A stretch of DNA of 63,997 nucleotides, filler included. It is 7 parts of 7 records of this genome, joined end to end, with 100 filler letters (N's around TTAATTAATTAA, not from the genome) between each part and the next. Parts side by side here need not be neighbours in the genome. Positions count along the whole stretch, not along the records: positions 52,889 to 58,624 come from SRR31147125_42663; positions 58,725 to 63,997 come from SRR31147125_42756; 5 more parts are not named here. One strand, given 5' to 3'. Position numbers and translations under genes: made by a program. How positions within the stretch are numbered: the first letter of the stretch is position 1; every line of letters begins with the position of its first letter. The notes beneath the pieces are model-generated. The model was not told where the DNA came from and ran no database searches. It saw nothing but the letters and a program-made list of their open reading frames with translations. This document shows positions 53,580 to 63,997 of the stretch, one piece after another.

Positions 53580-53688
53580 GCAGAACCAAATTTTACAAGT
53601 TTTTCCCCTTTTGGATAAAAAATTGATACAATCAAGATATGTAAAGATAGTATAAATAATTAATTGTACCCTTAAAGAGGAGGCCTTT

Positions 53689-54954
53689 ATGAAGAAGGAT
53701 CTAACCAGAAGAGAATTTATGGCCACATCTGCTGCTGCCGGGGCTGCCATAAGTCTTGCCTGTAGCTCAGCCACGGTGACCAGTTATAAACGAATTATTG
53801 GCGCGAACGACCGAATATCCATTGGTATTATCGGCTGTGGTGGCAGAGAGACCAATGCTCATATGCCAGGTATACATAAACACGATAAAGAAATGAATAT
53901 TGAAATCACAGCTGTTTGTGATCCCTACAGAGTTGCTCGTGAAAACGCCAATAACCTGGTTAAAGAATGGTATGGCAGAGACGCCCGTCAGGTTGGAAGC
54001 TATAAAGAACTCCTGGCCTTGAATCATCTGGATGCGGTCATGATTGCCTCCTGTGATCACCAGCACACAACGCACCTCAAAGCAGCAGCTGAAGCCAAAA
54101 AAGATGTATATGCAGAAAAACCCATTGGTATGGATTTCGATAAAGTTAAAAAAGCTGTTGAAGCCGTGAAAAAAAACAAGGTTGTTTGTCAGATTGGTAC
54201 CCAGTTACGCAGCATGGGATCCTTTGTTGGCTGCCGTGAGCTTTACAAAACAGGTATCCTCGGTACAGTCAGTCGTGTGGAACAGAACAGAAACACGTCA
54301 AAACCCTATTGGTACAGTTATATCAAAGATGTAAAAAAAGAGGATCTTGACTGGAAAGAGTTTTTAAACGGCAAACCTAATCGCCCTTTTGATCCCATAC
54401 AATATTCTGCCTGGTATGGATATCGTGATTTTTCAGATGGGCCGGTTCCACAATGGGGCGTTCATTACCTGGATTTGGTGCACTATATAACCGGAACGTC
54501 ATTTCCGCTAAGCTGTGTTTGTATGGGCGATACATTCACCTGGAAGGATGAACATAGATTTACCGCACCAGATCACGTCCAGGCAACCTGGATCTATCCG
54601 GAAGGCTTTATGGTGCATTATTCGACCAATTGTGGCAACAGCTATGGTAATACATTCAAAATCTACGGCGACCAGGGTGTACTCAAAATGGATCATTGGA
54701 GTGAACCCGTACTCACGGCAGAAGGTGGCAGTAAGAATAAAGGTGTTATTCGCGGTGAGAATATCGTCGAGGCAATCGAGCGTCCGGATCACTTTTTGAA
54801 CTGGCTGCAGTGTCTGCGAACCCGTAAAACACCGCATGCATCCATTGACACAGGATTACAACACGCTGTAGCCGTAACCATGGCAACCATAGCAATGGAT
54901 AGTGGCCGGAAAACCATATATGATCCGGTCAAGATGAAAATTAAAAAAGCATAG
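53689..54954 (+). CDS. Tat-exported Gfo/Idh/MocA oxidoreductase
   Basis: TRREFM, GANDRISIGIIGCGG, DVYAEKP, QIGTQLRS, WGVHYLD. Confidence 0.92.
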   Translation: MKKDLTRREFMATSAAAGAAISLACSSATVTSYKRIIGANDRISIGIIGCGGRETNAHMPGIHKHDKEMNIEITAVCDPYRVARENANNLVKEWYGRDARQVGSYKELLALNHLDAVMIASCDHQHTTHLKAAAEAKKDVYAEKPIGMDFDKVKKAVEAVKKNKVVCQIGTQLRSMGSFVGCRELYKTGILGTVSRVEQNRNTSKPYWYSYIKDVKKEDLDWKEFLNGKPNRPFDPIQYSAWYGYRDFSDGPVPQWGVHYLDLVHYITGTSFPLSCVCMGDTFTWKDEHRFTAPDHVQATWIYPEGFMVHYSTNCGNSYGNTFKIYGDQGVLKMDHWSEPVLTAEGGSKNKGVIRGENIVEAIERPDHFLNWLQCLRTRKTPHASIDTGLQHAVAVTMATIAMDSGRKTIYDPVKMKIKKA

Positions 54955-55184
54955 TATACATTATAATAAAACGTGTCAAGATGAAGTAAAAAAAGTGCTG
55001 GCCGCAGGGAATAATAGAGTTAGTAAAAAATGATTTCCATTTCATTACATAATATGTATTGTTTCTTGCGGCACAGCTTGTAAGTAGTTATTTTTCATCG
55101 TCTAACTTTAGTTTTCCTGACATCAAATATCTGAATTTTATAGACCTGTTTTTTTACAGGTTAATAATGATGAAGGGGATAAAA

Positions 55185-55988
55185 ATGAAACAAAAAGTTA
55201 TAACGCTCGTTTTGATGTTTGCTGCTGTACCATTAACATTATTATCTGCAAATTTGGATATAAATGAAGGGACAGAAACAAATCCTGTCAAGATAACCAT
55301 TTTATATGATAATTTTGTTTTTGATAAGAATACAAAACCGGATTGGGGGTTTGCTTGTCTGATTGAAGGCACTGAAGAAACAATCCTTTTTGACACAGGA
55401 ACAAAACCGGACATTCTTTTACACAATGTGAATCAATTGAATGTTGATCTAAAAAAGATCGATAAAATCATTCTTTCTCACAAACACCATGATCACACCG
55501 GTGGCCTGGCAGCGATTCTGGATAAAAATCACCACGCAACGGTTTACCCGTTAAAATCGTTTCCCCAAAGTATTCTTGAAACCATAAAAAATAATCCGGT
55601 TATTACTGTTGATAAACCACTGAAAATTTGCAAGCATGTCTATTCAACAGGAGAGATGGGGGATAGGATTGCAGAACAAGCCATATTTATCAATACAACC
55701 AATGGACTGGTCATTATAACCGGCTGTTCCCATCCAGGAATTGTCAATATCATTCGAAAGGTCCGGACTTTAATCGATAAAGATATTGATCTCGTTTTTG
55801 GTGGCTTTCATTTAAGATCATTTACAGACGAACAAGTTAGTAATATGATACAGACATTAAAAAAACAAGGTGTCCATCGTTGCGGTGCCACACATTGTAC
55901 CGGAGAAAAGCAAATTGAGTTATTCAGAAACGCATTCGGACCTCATTTTGTAAAAATGGGAACAGGTAAAATAATCAGGATAAATTAA
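55185..55988 (+). CDS. Secreted MBL-fold metallohydrolase
   Basis: WGFACLIE, LFDTG, LSHKHHDHTGG, TGCSHPG, GGFHL, THCTG. Confidence 0.9.
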   Translation: MKQKVITLVLMFAAVPLTLLSANLDINEGTETNPVKITILYDNFVFDKNTKPDWGFACLIEGTEETILFDTGTKPDILLHNVNQLNVDLKKIDKIILSHKHHDHTGGLAAILDKNHHATVYPLKSFPQSILETIKNNPVITVDKPLKICKHVYSTGEMGDRIAEQAIFINTTNGLVIITGCSHPGIVNIIRKVRTLIDKDIDLVFGGFHLRSFTDEQVSNMIQTLKKQGVHRCGATHCTGEKQIELFRNAFGPHFVKMGTGKIIRIN

Positions 55989-56014
55989 AGCAGTCGATCC
56001 AGTCAAAAAGATAT

Positions 56015-56614
56015 TTATACGTTGTTTTCACGATACTTTTTTATAAAATCGATCACTTGCTGACTATCCGAGGTTGCACTGACCTGATCATTCTTATAAA
56101 TAATCTTGCCATTCTTGCCAATAATAAAGGTCCAGCGGGCTGTAGTGATATTTCGGTCAAGTGTCACCTCATTACCGTCAATTTCCCGAACGATTGATCC
56201 ACCATCCTTTGTGGGAACTCCAAAAGCTGTCGCAATTTTTCCATCCGAATCCGATAAAAGTGTAAAATTAAGATTATGAGCCTCTTTGAAATATTTTAAA
56301 TTCTGCACATCATCTCCGCTTATGCCAACGACAGAGGCATCCATCTCTTTTAGTGCCGTTTTATGATCCCGAAAACCGCAGGCTTGTTTGGTACACCCCC
56401 CGGTCATGGCTGCGGGATAGAAATACACCACCAGATACTCTTTACCAACAATGTCAGATGAGGACCATTGTTTTCCGGTGTCATCAATGCCTTGAAAAAC
56501 AGGTGCCTTTTCAACATCGTTTGTGTCCTTTTCAACATCAACTTGTTTTTCATCACTCGCACATGATGTTATAAGTAAGGTACCAATAATCAGAAATAGA
56601 AAATGTTTTGTCAT
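56015..56614 (-). CDS. BCP/PrxQ peroxiredoxin, lipoprotein
   Basis: YFYPAAMTGGCTKQACGFRD; lipobox LITSC. Confidence 0.92.
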   Translation of the reverse strand: MTKHFLFLIIGTLLITSCASDEKQVDVEKDTNDVEKAPVFQGIDDTGKQWSSSDIVGKEYLVVYFYPAAMTGGCTKQACGFRDHKTALKEMDASVVGISGDDVQNLKYFKEAHNLNFTLLSDSDGKIATAFGVPTKDGGSIVREIDGNEVTLDRNITTARWTFIIGKNGKIIYKNDQVSATSDSQQVIDFIKKYRENNV

Positions 56615-56740
56615 TTTTCTTTTTCCTCCTTAAAAAATATAATGCCATCCTGATGATTCAATAACAACAAAGGGAGTGAAATTAATGCATGAAAAATATA
56701 AATGACAATTTTTGCCGTAAAGGTCCTCTTTTTTAGTTTT

Positions 56741-57943
56741 TTAGGATTTCATTTCTTTCAGTAACTGCCAGCAATACCACTGCATACGCGGTAAATGAAA
56801 GGGACCCTTCCAGATATTACCTTTTAGCCGGACAGATAAACGTCCATCACGGTGCAAATAGCCAAACCACTCGCCATATTCCAGATCAGGGAAATACTTG
56901 TGCGCCCAATCATGGATCATTGTGTGCCATTTGGCATATTTTTCATCGCCTGTCAGAGAGTATGCCAGTAATGTCGCGATAATCGCTTCATTTTGTGGCC
57001 ACCAGAATTTCATATCATGCCAGTATTCCTGCACAGGTAATCCTTTTATATCGCGATAATAGAGAATACCGCCATATTCTTTATCCCAGCCAATCTCCCA
57101 CATCCAGTCAAGAATCGTTGTACCTAATTGGATGAGTTCCGCATCATTATTACGATATTTGGCTTCATGCAACAGAAACCAGGCACACTCAATGGCATGA
57201 CCTGGATTCAAGGTACGACCATCAAAATGATCAAAAAATTCTCCGTCAGGTCCAACCGATTCCATAACCGCCTTAAATTCCGGCTTTAAAAAGTCTTTCC
57301 GGATCTCTGCGATACTACAGTTTATAATGTCCTCACATATCGGATCATTTATGGTTTCGCGCAAAACCTGAGCCGTGGCCATAAGAATCATAGGCATGGC
57401 CAGACTTTTCATATTCCGGGTTTCGGTTTCAAACTTTGTGGGAATAAGTCCCGGTGTGTTTGTATAATATAGAATTCGACGCAGTATATCTTTGGCTAAA
57501 TGAGCAGCCTGGTCATCCCGGGCCGCTTTCGCATACGCAGCAAAAGCAATGGCAGCAAAGGTTTCAGTGAAAAGATATCGGCGCTTTCGTATAGGTTGTC
57601 CTTTCTGCGTTACCTGAAAAAACATGCGGCCATCTTTATCAAAACCATATTTTTGTATAAAATCGATGCCATGTTTTGCCAATTGCAGCCATTCCGGTCG
57701 TTGTTCAACTGTATTATAAAGCGTGGATAACAGCCAGGTGAAACGGCAGGTTTGCCACATTCCTTTGTCTGTATCTATGACTGTCCCGTCCTGATCCAGA
57801 CAAAACAAAAAACCCCCATATTTTTCATCAACACAATGTTGAGTCCAAAAGGGGAGTGTATCATTCAGTAGTGCATTGCGATAGAATTCTTCGAGAAGAC
57901 TTAATTTCTGACTGTCAAAAGCTAGAAAATTTTCGGTTGCCAT
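56741..57943 (-). CDS. N-acylglucosamine 2-epimerase (AGE family)
   Basis: PFW...DEKYGG, DKGMWQ, NPGHAIE, KFWWPQNE, GEWFGYLHRDG, KGPFHLPR. Confidence 0.92.
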   Translation of the reverse strand: MATENFLAFDSQKLSLLEEFYRNALLNDTLPFWTQHCVDEKYGGFLFCLDQDGTVIDTDKGMWQTCRFTWLLSTLYNTVEQRPEWLQLAKHGIDFIQKYGFDKDGRMFFQVTQKGQPIRKRRYLFTETFAAIAFAAYAKAARDDQAAHLAKDILRRILYYTNTPGLIPTKFETETRNMKSLAMPMILMATAQVLRETINDPICEDIINCSIAEIRKDFLKPEFKAVMESVGPDGEFFDHFDGRTLNPGHAIECAWFLLHEAKYRNNDAELIQLGTTILDWMWEIGWDKEYGGILYYRDIKGLPVQEYWHDMKFWWPQNEAIIATLLAYSLTGDEKYAKWHTMIHDWAHKYFPDLEYGEWFGYLHRDGRLSVRLKGNIWKGPFHLPRMQWYCWQLLKEMKS

Positions 57944-58281
57944 ATGCCTTTTCCTGTTCATTTTAATTTTAATAAAAAAGCCTACAAGACATTACGGATA
58001 TGTATTAATTTATTTTATAATAATAACTAAACAGTAGTTAATTTGTATCTTCTAATCAAGTATTTTTACAAGTTTGTGTCATAAATATAATTTCAATTGA
58101 TGGCTATTTTCAAAATGGTATCAAACTTTACAGAAAAATTATTTTGTATTAACATGGCTGCATTAAAACTTTTTGTACATTTTCCCGTATAAAAATCTAA
58201 AATGTTGTATAAGGATCGATTATGCAGATTGTTTTTATGTTTTAATTCTCCGGAACTTAAATAAGGGCATCAGATACAAAA

Positions 58282-58624
58282 ATGTATACGGAAACAATTA
58301 CATATAATCTTCGAAACATCTCTGATACATCCTATCATTACTATCAAACTGTAAGAGAATTTTCCATAAATGTCTTGAATTATATTGAAGATAATGCTAA
58401 TGAAATTTTATCTCGTTATGAGGAATTTATTACCCTGGAGGAGATAGAACTGTTGCGGAGTCGAGGTGAATATGCTGTAGAATTACTCACTTTAGGTTTG
58501 TTTTGGAAACGTTACCTTGGGGCGTCACAACGTTCACCACAGGTATTACTTGAATTGCTGTACAAACTGGTTCCCCTTCGTAATAAATATTCATTCGTGA
58601 AGCCCTTTGTTGATAGAATAAGGG
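58282..58624 (+). CDS. N-terminus of a probable DUF116-domain protein; truncated
   Basis: ITYNL...YY...LRSRGEYAVELLTLGLFW recalls long-form DUF116 proteins (from memory). Confidence 0.5.
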
Positions 58625-58724
58625 NNNNNNNNNNNNNNNNNNNNNNNNNNNNNNNNNNNNNNNNNNNNTTAATTAATTAANNNNNNNNNNNNNNNNNNNN
58701 NNNNNNNNNNNNNNNNNNNNNNNN
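58625..58724. other. Artificial contig spacer
   Basis: N run + TTAATTAATTAA + N run. Confidence 0.99.
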
Positions 58725-58907
58725 CAGAGGTTCGTTGCTCAGTTGACACAGTGTAGACCTTCACCAAGGAACTGTCAGAAGGGCGTTGCACACCACCTTC
58801 GGAACGCACTGTGCCTGATTCTTGGCGTCGGCGTCAGGTCTCTCGGGCCTTGCCTTCTCCTTAACCATTTCATAGCGGCGAGGGATGGTGCCCCCATCGC
58901 ACCCCAT
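58725..58907 (-). CDS. RTF2: Eukaryotic replication termination factor 2, 5' end (exons 58907-58810 and 58758-58725)
   Basis: Removing the 51-nt GT-AG intron 58759-58809 gives MGCDGGTIPRRYEMVKEK...NQAQSTLCQLSNEPL, matching the MGCDGGTIP...CxLSxE.L start of Rtf2. Confidence 0.88.
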
Positions 58908-58986
58908 TCCTAACCGTGCTACCAAGGCGGGAGAGGGAAAGAGGGAGGAAGAAGTATCGTTCAATTAAGTGGATCGTCCGTCACCA

Positions 58987-61900
58987 CTACGCCTGCTCCT
59001 CCGTCGAATTGGGATTCAATTCTTGCTGCATCTGTTGTCGCTTATCCTTTTTGGAACCGTGCTCGTAGAGGTGCAAGTAGCTTGTTCGTAGGAGTGCATA
59101 GGGGAGGTGTTGCTCAAGAAAGCTCCGCGACACGAATTCTGTCCCCTCCACGAACTGTACCATCAAGAAAGGTTCACATTTTCATGTTACGCACACATGA
59201 GATTTCAAACCTACCTTATCCAGGAAGACAAACATGGATGGAAGAGGAAGCTCACGTGGACTGACGGGCAAGTCCCTCATCTACAAGACAGCGCTGAGTA
59301 CCACATCCATCCGACACGACGGACGTAGCATGGAATACCTTCATCTCTTTCTTTTCGCGATAGAGCTTGCACAAGACATAGGCGGAACATCGAACAAACG
59401 TCTCCAGCACAGTGCGCACACGCTGATTATCATATCCACCATCGGGAGCTACAAGGCACGTAAGCCAGCCAGTCAGCCACCCTGACACACACGAAGGATA
59501 CATACATGAACTTTGTGTCGCGGTCACTGCCTGAGAGGCGGCAAGGAGTTTTGCAATGCATGGAACCATACAATGAGCATTGTTGGCATGGGCTAGAAAA
59601 AAAGGGTGGGTGGGGAACACAGAGGTGCAGGATCCAGGCACAAACCTTCCGTCACAACCTTGTAGTCACCATCTTTCCAAGCAGAACACGCAAACGAGGC
59701 GGCGTAGAAGAAGGGAAGCAGACCAAACACTTGATCATCTTGTGTACTCTCTGTCAAGGTGCAAAAAGGTGGTCATGGAAAGGGCTGCCGCCGCGTCCAT
59801 GCACATCAACCCACTCTTGAATTGCCACATGAGTTTGCGCATGCCAACATCCGCAGAACCACGCGCAAAGCCCGTGTCTACTCCTACCCAGTCCATGGCC
59901 TCCACTTCGCGATCGTTCAGACCATTCACGGGATACTCCTTCTGAATGGATTTCACCAGATCCACAAGAAGCGGGGCTCGGGCCGACATGACCTACGACC
60001 GAATGCGTTCAGACCAGCACATGCATGCAAAGCGTACATCGCGAAGCGCCTCATGAAGCAGGGACCGCAGGCAAAGAGCAGCTCCCATTTGAGTGCTAGA
60101 AACACAAGTCACGACACGTCCAGACCCCTAGAACATACCTCAGGTGGACAAGACTGTCCAGGCCACGGATCTTTCGAAGATGTTCCGCAAAGACATGTTC
60201 AACCGTGTATCTGTTCGTTGCCTGAGGGTGAATCGTCCGTTCACTGACCCCCCATCACCACGCACGAGCGAGCAAACTCCTCCAGCGCTGCCTTGTTCTG
60301 AATCAGAAGGTTCTACGGACAACTCAGTGGTCAGTCCCCCCGTACAAGACGGTACAACCAATGCAAAGAACCTTGATTTGCGAAACTCCAGCCTCCACAA
60401 TCTTCAGCAAGTCCCGATCAATTACTCGAACACCGTAGGGTCCAACGACCATGCACAATGACTTCAACTCACTCAAATCTGGTACGAGATATCAGGATGT
60501 GGTGGCAGAAGCGGTATACGAGACGTGCCTGTGTATTGTTCGGCCACAAAGGCCGTGCCGGGTCGGCTGACGAAGCCTTTGCGAACAGGAGAGTAGAGGA
60601 CGTGTGTGGTACTTGTGACTCCGACCCTCTGTTGAATGAAGTGTGTGTACCTTGAACGAGCGCATACGTGAGCGCTATCAAGGGGGGATGGCTTCACAGG
60701 TGCGCTTACCACGTCGAGAAGGCATTAATCACCAAACTGCCCTCTGATGCCTTGGTCCCCTCCATGATGGCGTCCAGACTGGATCCATCCATCCCCTAAG
60801 CCTCTCAAGTGTACGGACGGACACCCACTCACCTTCCAACAGTCACGTCATAGGACTGTCCCAACAGTGCCACCCGCATTGCCTCCCGAACATCCAATGT
60901 TGCTAACCACACTGTCAGAGGCAAGAACCCCTCTCCCTGAAGCTGTCTGTACCCACTGTAGTTCTGCACACGTTTGATCACACGCATGAAAATGGTCACG
61001 TAGAACTCAAGGACGCTCGGACGCTGTACAAACATGAGTCTCACTGTGGTATCGCTCTGCGTTGGGGTGTGTACCTGTACTTCACCATCCACCAGGGCAT
61101 GTTTCTTCACAAACTCCAGGAATGCGTTGCAAAGGCTGTCACGAAGGTATCTGGAGGCGTGTATGGGTATGAGCGGCAGGATCTGGGAACACCCCGCGTC
61201 ACGTACTCGCGAGGATGAAACACATAATCGAACACGGGGAGAAGCTCGCATTGATTGATAGCGGAGCAGATCTGACTTGCCTTCAAGAATTCAATCGCCC
61301 CGTTGTCAGTTGTCCATCCTCCATTCCTTCTTCAATCGACACCCCAACACACCGCTTTTTCTAAGAGTCGTAGCTTCTCCAACTGAGCTCGGTTGGAGGC
61401 ACGCGACTCATGACCAGGTGGTGCCGTGGCATTCTGGTGCATGCGCCCCTTGGCACGAGAAACTTCCATCACCTGCAACATGCGTTGTGCGGCCTCCACC
61501 GGGGCGTGTTGCCTTTCCAGGTCAACAAAGTGGGAACCGACTTGCCCCAAGTAGCTCTCAATGATCTGCATGACGCGCCCCAGCCACTGATGTGCGGTTG
61601 GTTCGTCGAAGGCATCGAAACAAGTAAAAACACAACCCACCTTGTTCACTTGGTCCACTGCTTCACTCCCAATCTGAGTACGTTCCGTGGGCGTGAACGG
61701 GGTCATATTGTGGGAGAATGTGTTGAACACGCGCAAGAAGGACATGCAATGTAGCGGCTGGCCTTCTCGTCCACGAAGGGACCCATCAAACACCTGCCAC
61801 GATATGAGCAGGAGAAGAAACGGACAAATGTCACCACACACACACACCGTCCAAAGATGTTGTCGATACCACCAGAGGTGCTTCAAGGACGCAAACCGTT

Positions 61901-63997
61901 CTAAGAAGTCATCAATCTGGTCGACGAGCTTTGTATGATGCACAACCATATCCATGGTCCTCAGAATATCTTCCAATGCTGATTTGGACACCTAAGGAAC
62001 CAGAATTAGCGTGGCGGGGAGTAGAACCGGACGAATACGCCTACCTGCGACTGTGCCGACAACAGAGACACAAGGGCACGATTCCAGTTCAGACGAATCG
62101 TCATCAGAATGTCGCCTCTGTATGGCTCCAGCTTAGCACACAACGAGGGAACAGGAACTACGTACATTTGACCCGTATCGACAGCATCCTCCGTCACGTT
62201 GGCCAAATCATTGGGAATACTACGAATAATCTATGTACACGATGAACACTACGTCCTCCACACGGCCGAAGGACGTCCGAGTACCTGGGATACGCCGTGA
62301 TCGAGCTGCATCGCCAATACCTATATCATCATGAGACGAACCGGATGTGAGGCAACAAGGGCCCCCATACATTCTGCACGAGGGGATTGACGGCTTTTGC
62401 GTCGGGACCATTGATGAATTGTACGAAGTAGACCTGGACCACGCGCTTGTACGTGAGAAGCAGGTCGGTGAGGCAAACGATGTGGTGGATCAGCTCTGAG
62501 ATCGTTTCGTCTCGATAGTCATCCTCCTTGAATTTGCTCCTCCCTTTCGTGGGCTGAATCTGTACGAGAACGTGAATCGTGATACACTCCGGGCACCCTA
62601 CTCCACACCTGATGATGGCGGAAGAACCAGAGCACCTCATCCCGGGCCATTGACAAAGCACAGAGTACGAGCTGGTCACACAAGTGAGACTGACCCGGAA
62701 CGCCGACGACCCTTGACGTACCGTGGCCTTTGGACCCAGAAGGCCAGGGCAGTCTGTTAGAACGTTCCGAAGACTTCGCAGCTCATGCTTGAGATACTCG
62801 CGACGATCGCGATGATTGTGACCCCCATTCCCCACAGCAACGTGGGTTGCGTCTTTGAGCATTTGCTTGTGTTTGGACAACTTCATCTGGGGCGTTCTGA
62901 AATAGTCGAAGAGATCATAGTAGTCCTCGTGAATCTGAAGAACCTATCCACAAGGTACGCACGTAAAACACAAGGTGCACTACACAAATGCGAGGAGAAA
63001 TACCTCATCACGGAACACAGGCACAATCCAACCCTCTGACAAGGCCGCCTTCAACAGATCCATCGCTCCAGCATTCTGTAGTTCTGCTGGACACGTCAGA
63101 AACCCGTAGATTGTCCACATATACATTCGCTCCTGGAACAGAATGCTCCTGGGATCCAAGTCGTACGTTACCAAACCGTCAGCCACTCCGTCAAACAAAC
63201 CTATGGAAATCATCTTGCACGGGCATTGCCATCTGTTCAAGATTCGAGACAATACTCAGGGCATTCTTGCCACGCAGAATATTGACATCGATGCACTGGT
63301 TAAATCTAAGGCCGTGTTAAGAGAGTCCCTCCCAGACAAACAGGCCGCACAAGAAACTGAGAGACAGAAGAGTCTGACCCACACGGAAGGAAATTGGCTG
63401 GAACTCATCCTGAATACGTCGAATCGGTTTGTCGAAGCGTGCAATGTATCCGGAGAGACGAGGAAAGTCAGGCTCCGCTGTGTATGCGAGTGAGTGAGTG
63501 AGTGAGTGAGTGAAGAATCTCTCATCCTAAGCGCACGCACGGGTATTCATGTGCTGTTGGTAGGCGCGTGCATAGAAACTCAATAGAGCTTTGATATCTT
63601 GGATTGATGCCACAAGAATATGCATCTGAACATAACTAGTTGAAAGAATCCCCGACGTCAGCATACACACCACACGCGCGCGCATTCTGTCGTACCCCAC
63701 GATAAGATCCATGTACCACGTCATAATGTCTCGGTTTTGATCAATCTAAGAAGAGGAAGAGGGAGTTCACACAGAGGAGACACAGACACAAAAGGAATAC
63801 CTTCAAATTTGTGACGTTGTTGGAGACCTCCTGCAACAAAATGAAAGTTTGTTCCTTCCACCCCTGCCAATGCCACGCATGGGGACCCTGTGCTCGACAG
63901 ACAGCAAGGGGCATACCAGGACGTCCAAGAATGTGTAATAGTAGTCGTGAAGGTCTTGTTCAATTTCCCCGGCCCTTGCCTGCAGTGCCATCGCTCC
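58987..63997 (-). CDS. NCKAP1: Eukaryotic Nck-associated protein 1 (Nap1/Hem, WAVE regulatory complex); many short introns, 5' end outside the window
   Basis: Exonic motifs YYTFLDVL, EPDFPRL, VPVFRDE, RREYLKHEL..PGLLGPK, LWWY, PGHES, NNAHC, FLDK/FVE..FLEQHLPYALLRTSY; TAG at 58987-58989; GT-AG introns e.g. 59155-59214 and 63478-63540. Confidence 0.9.
63488..63513. repeat. (GAGT)n microsatellite inside an NCKAP1 intron
   Basis: gagtgagtgagtgagtgagtgagtga. Confidence 0.85.

Noticed and set aside
52889-58624. TGA-to-Trp recoding in contig 6
   Set aside because: Other genes are uninterrupted and use TGG for Trp; a single case is better explained by mutation or error
5600-58724. Recurrent TTAATTAATTAA motif within N runs as a biological repeat
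   Set aside because: Six identical 100-nt spacers with stops in all frames are contig-joining linkers; cross-contig gene associations were therefore not inferred
59000-63997. Many short ORFs as phage or orphan genes
   Set aside because: Explained as NCKAP1 exon fragments or their antisense frames

Overview
The window is not one locus. It is seven unrelated contigs joined by artificial 100-nt spacers (N run + TTAATTAATTAA + N run), so no neighbourhood can be inferred across spacers. (1) 1-5599, Desulfobacterales-like by inference: an O-methyltransferase-DUF2284 fusion and a hybrid kinase HisKA-HATPase-REC-HPt-REC-GGDEF-EAL, both broken by homopolymer indels. (2) 5700-18215, AT-rich bacterium: divergent orphan effector-like genes behind sigma28-like promoters, arcC, ppx, a HATPase/STAS pair with twin palindromes, and a Sec-signal RHS protein. 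(3) 18316-30175: a GntR-controlled cluster with mocA-like, yqeC, a non-pyrrolysine MttB-family methyltransferase, a divergent adenine deaminase and two TRAP transporters. (4) 30276-36982: secG, dxr, rbr-dfx, two PAS-GGDEF cyclases and an RNA methyltransferase. (5) 37083-52788: HAD, metallophosphoesterase, CCC-type transporter, a PD40 gene inside an apparent solitary integron cassette, tamA/tamB-like, LacI and a permease. (6) 52889-58624: periplasmic/sugar-metabolism genes. (7) 58725-63997: a eukaryotic contig with intron-rich NCKAP1 (Nap1/Hem) and the start of RTF2. Best leads: a putative anaerobic methylpurine-utilisation regulon (contig 3), sigma28-driven orphan effector-like genes (contig 2) and the orphan attC cassette (contig 5). 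All calls come from motif recognition by eye; no searches were run.
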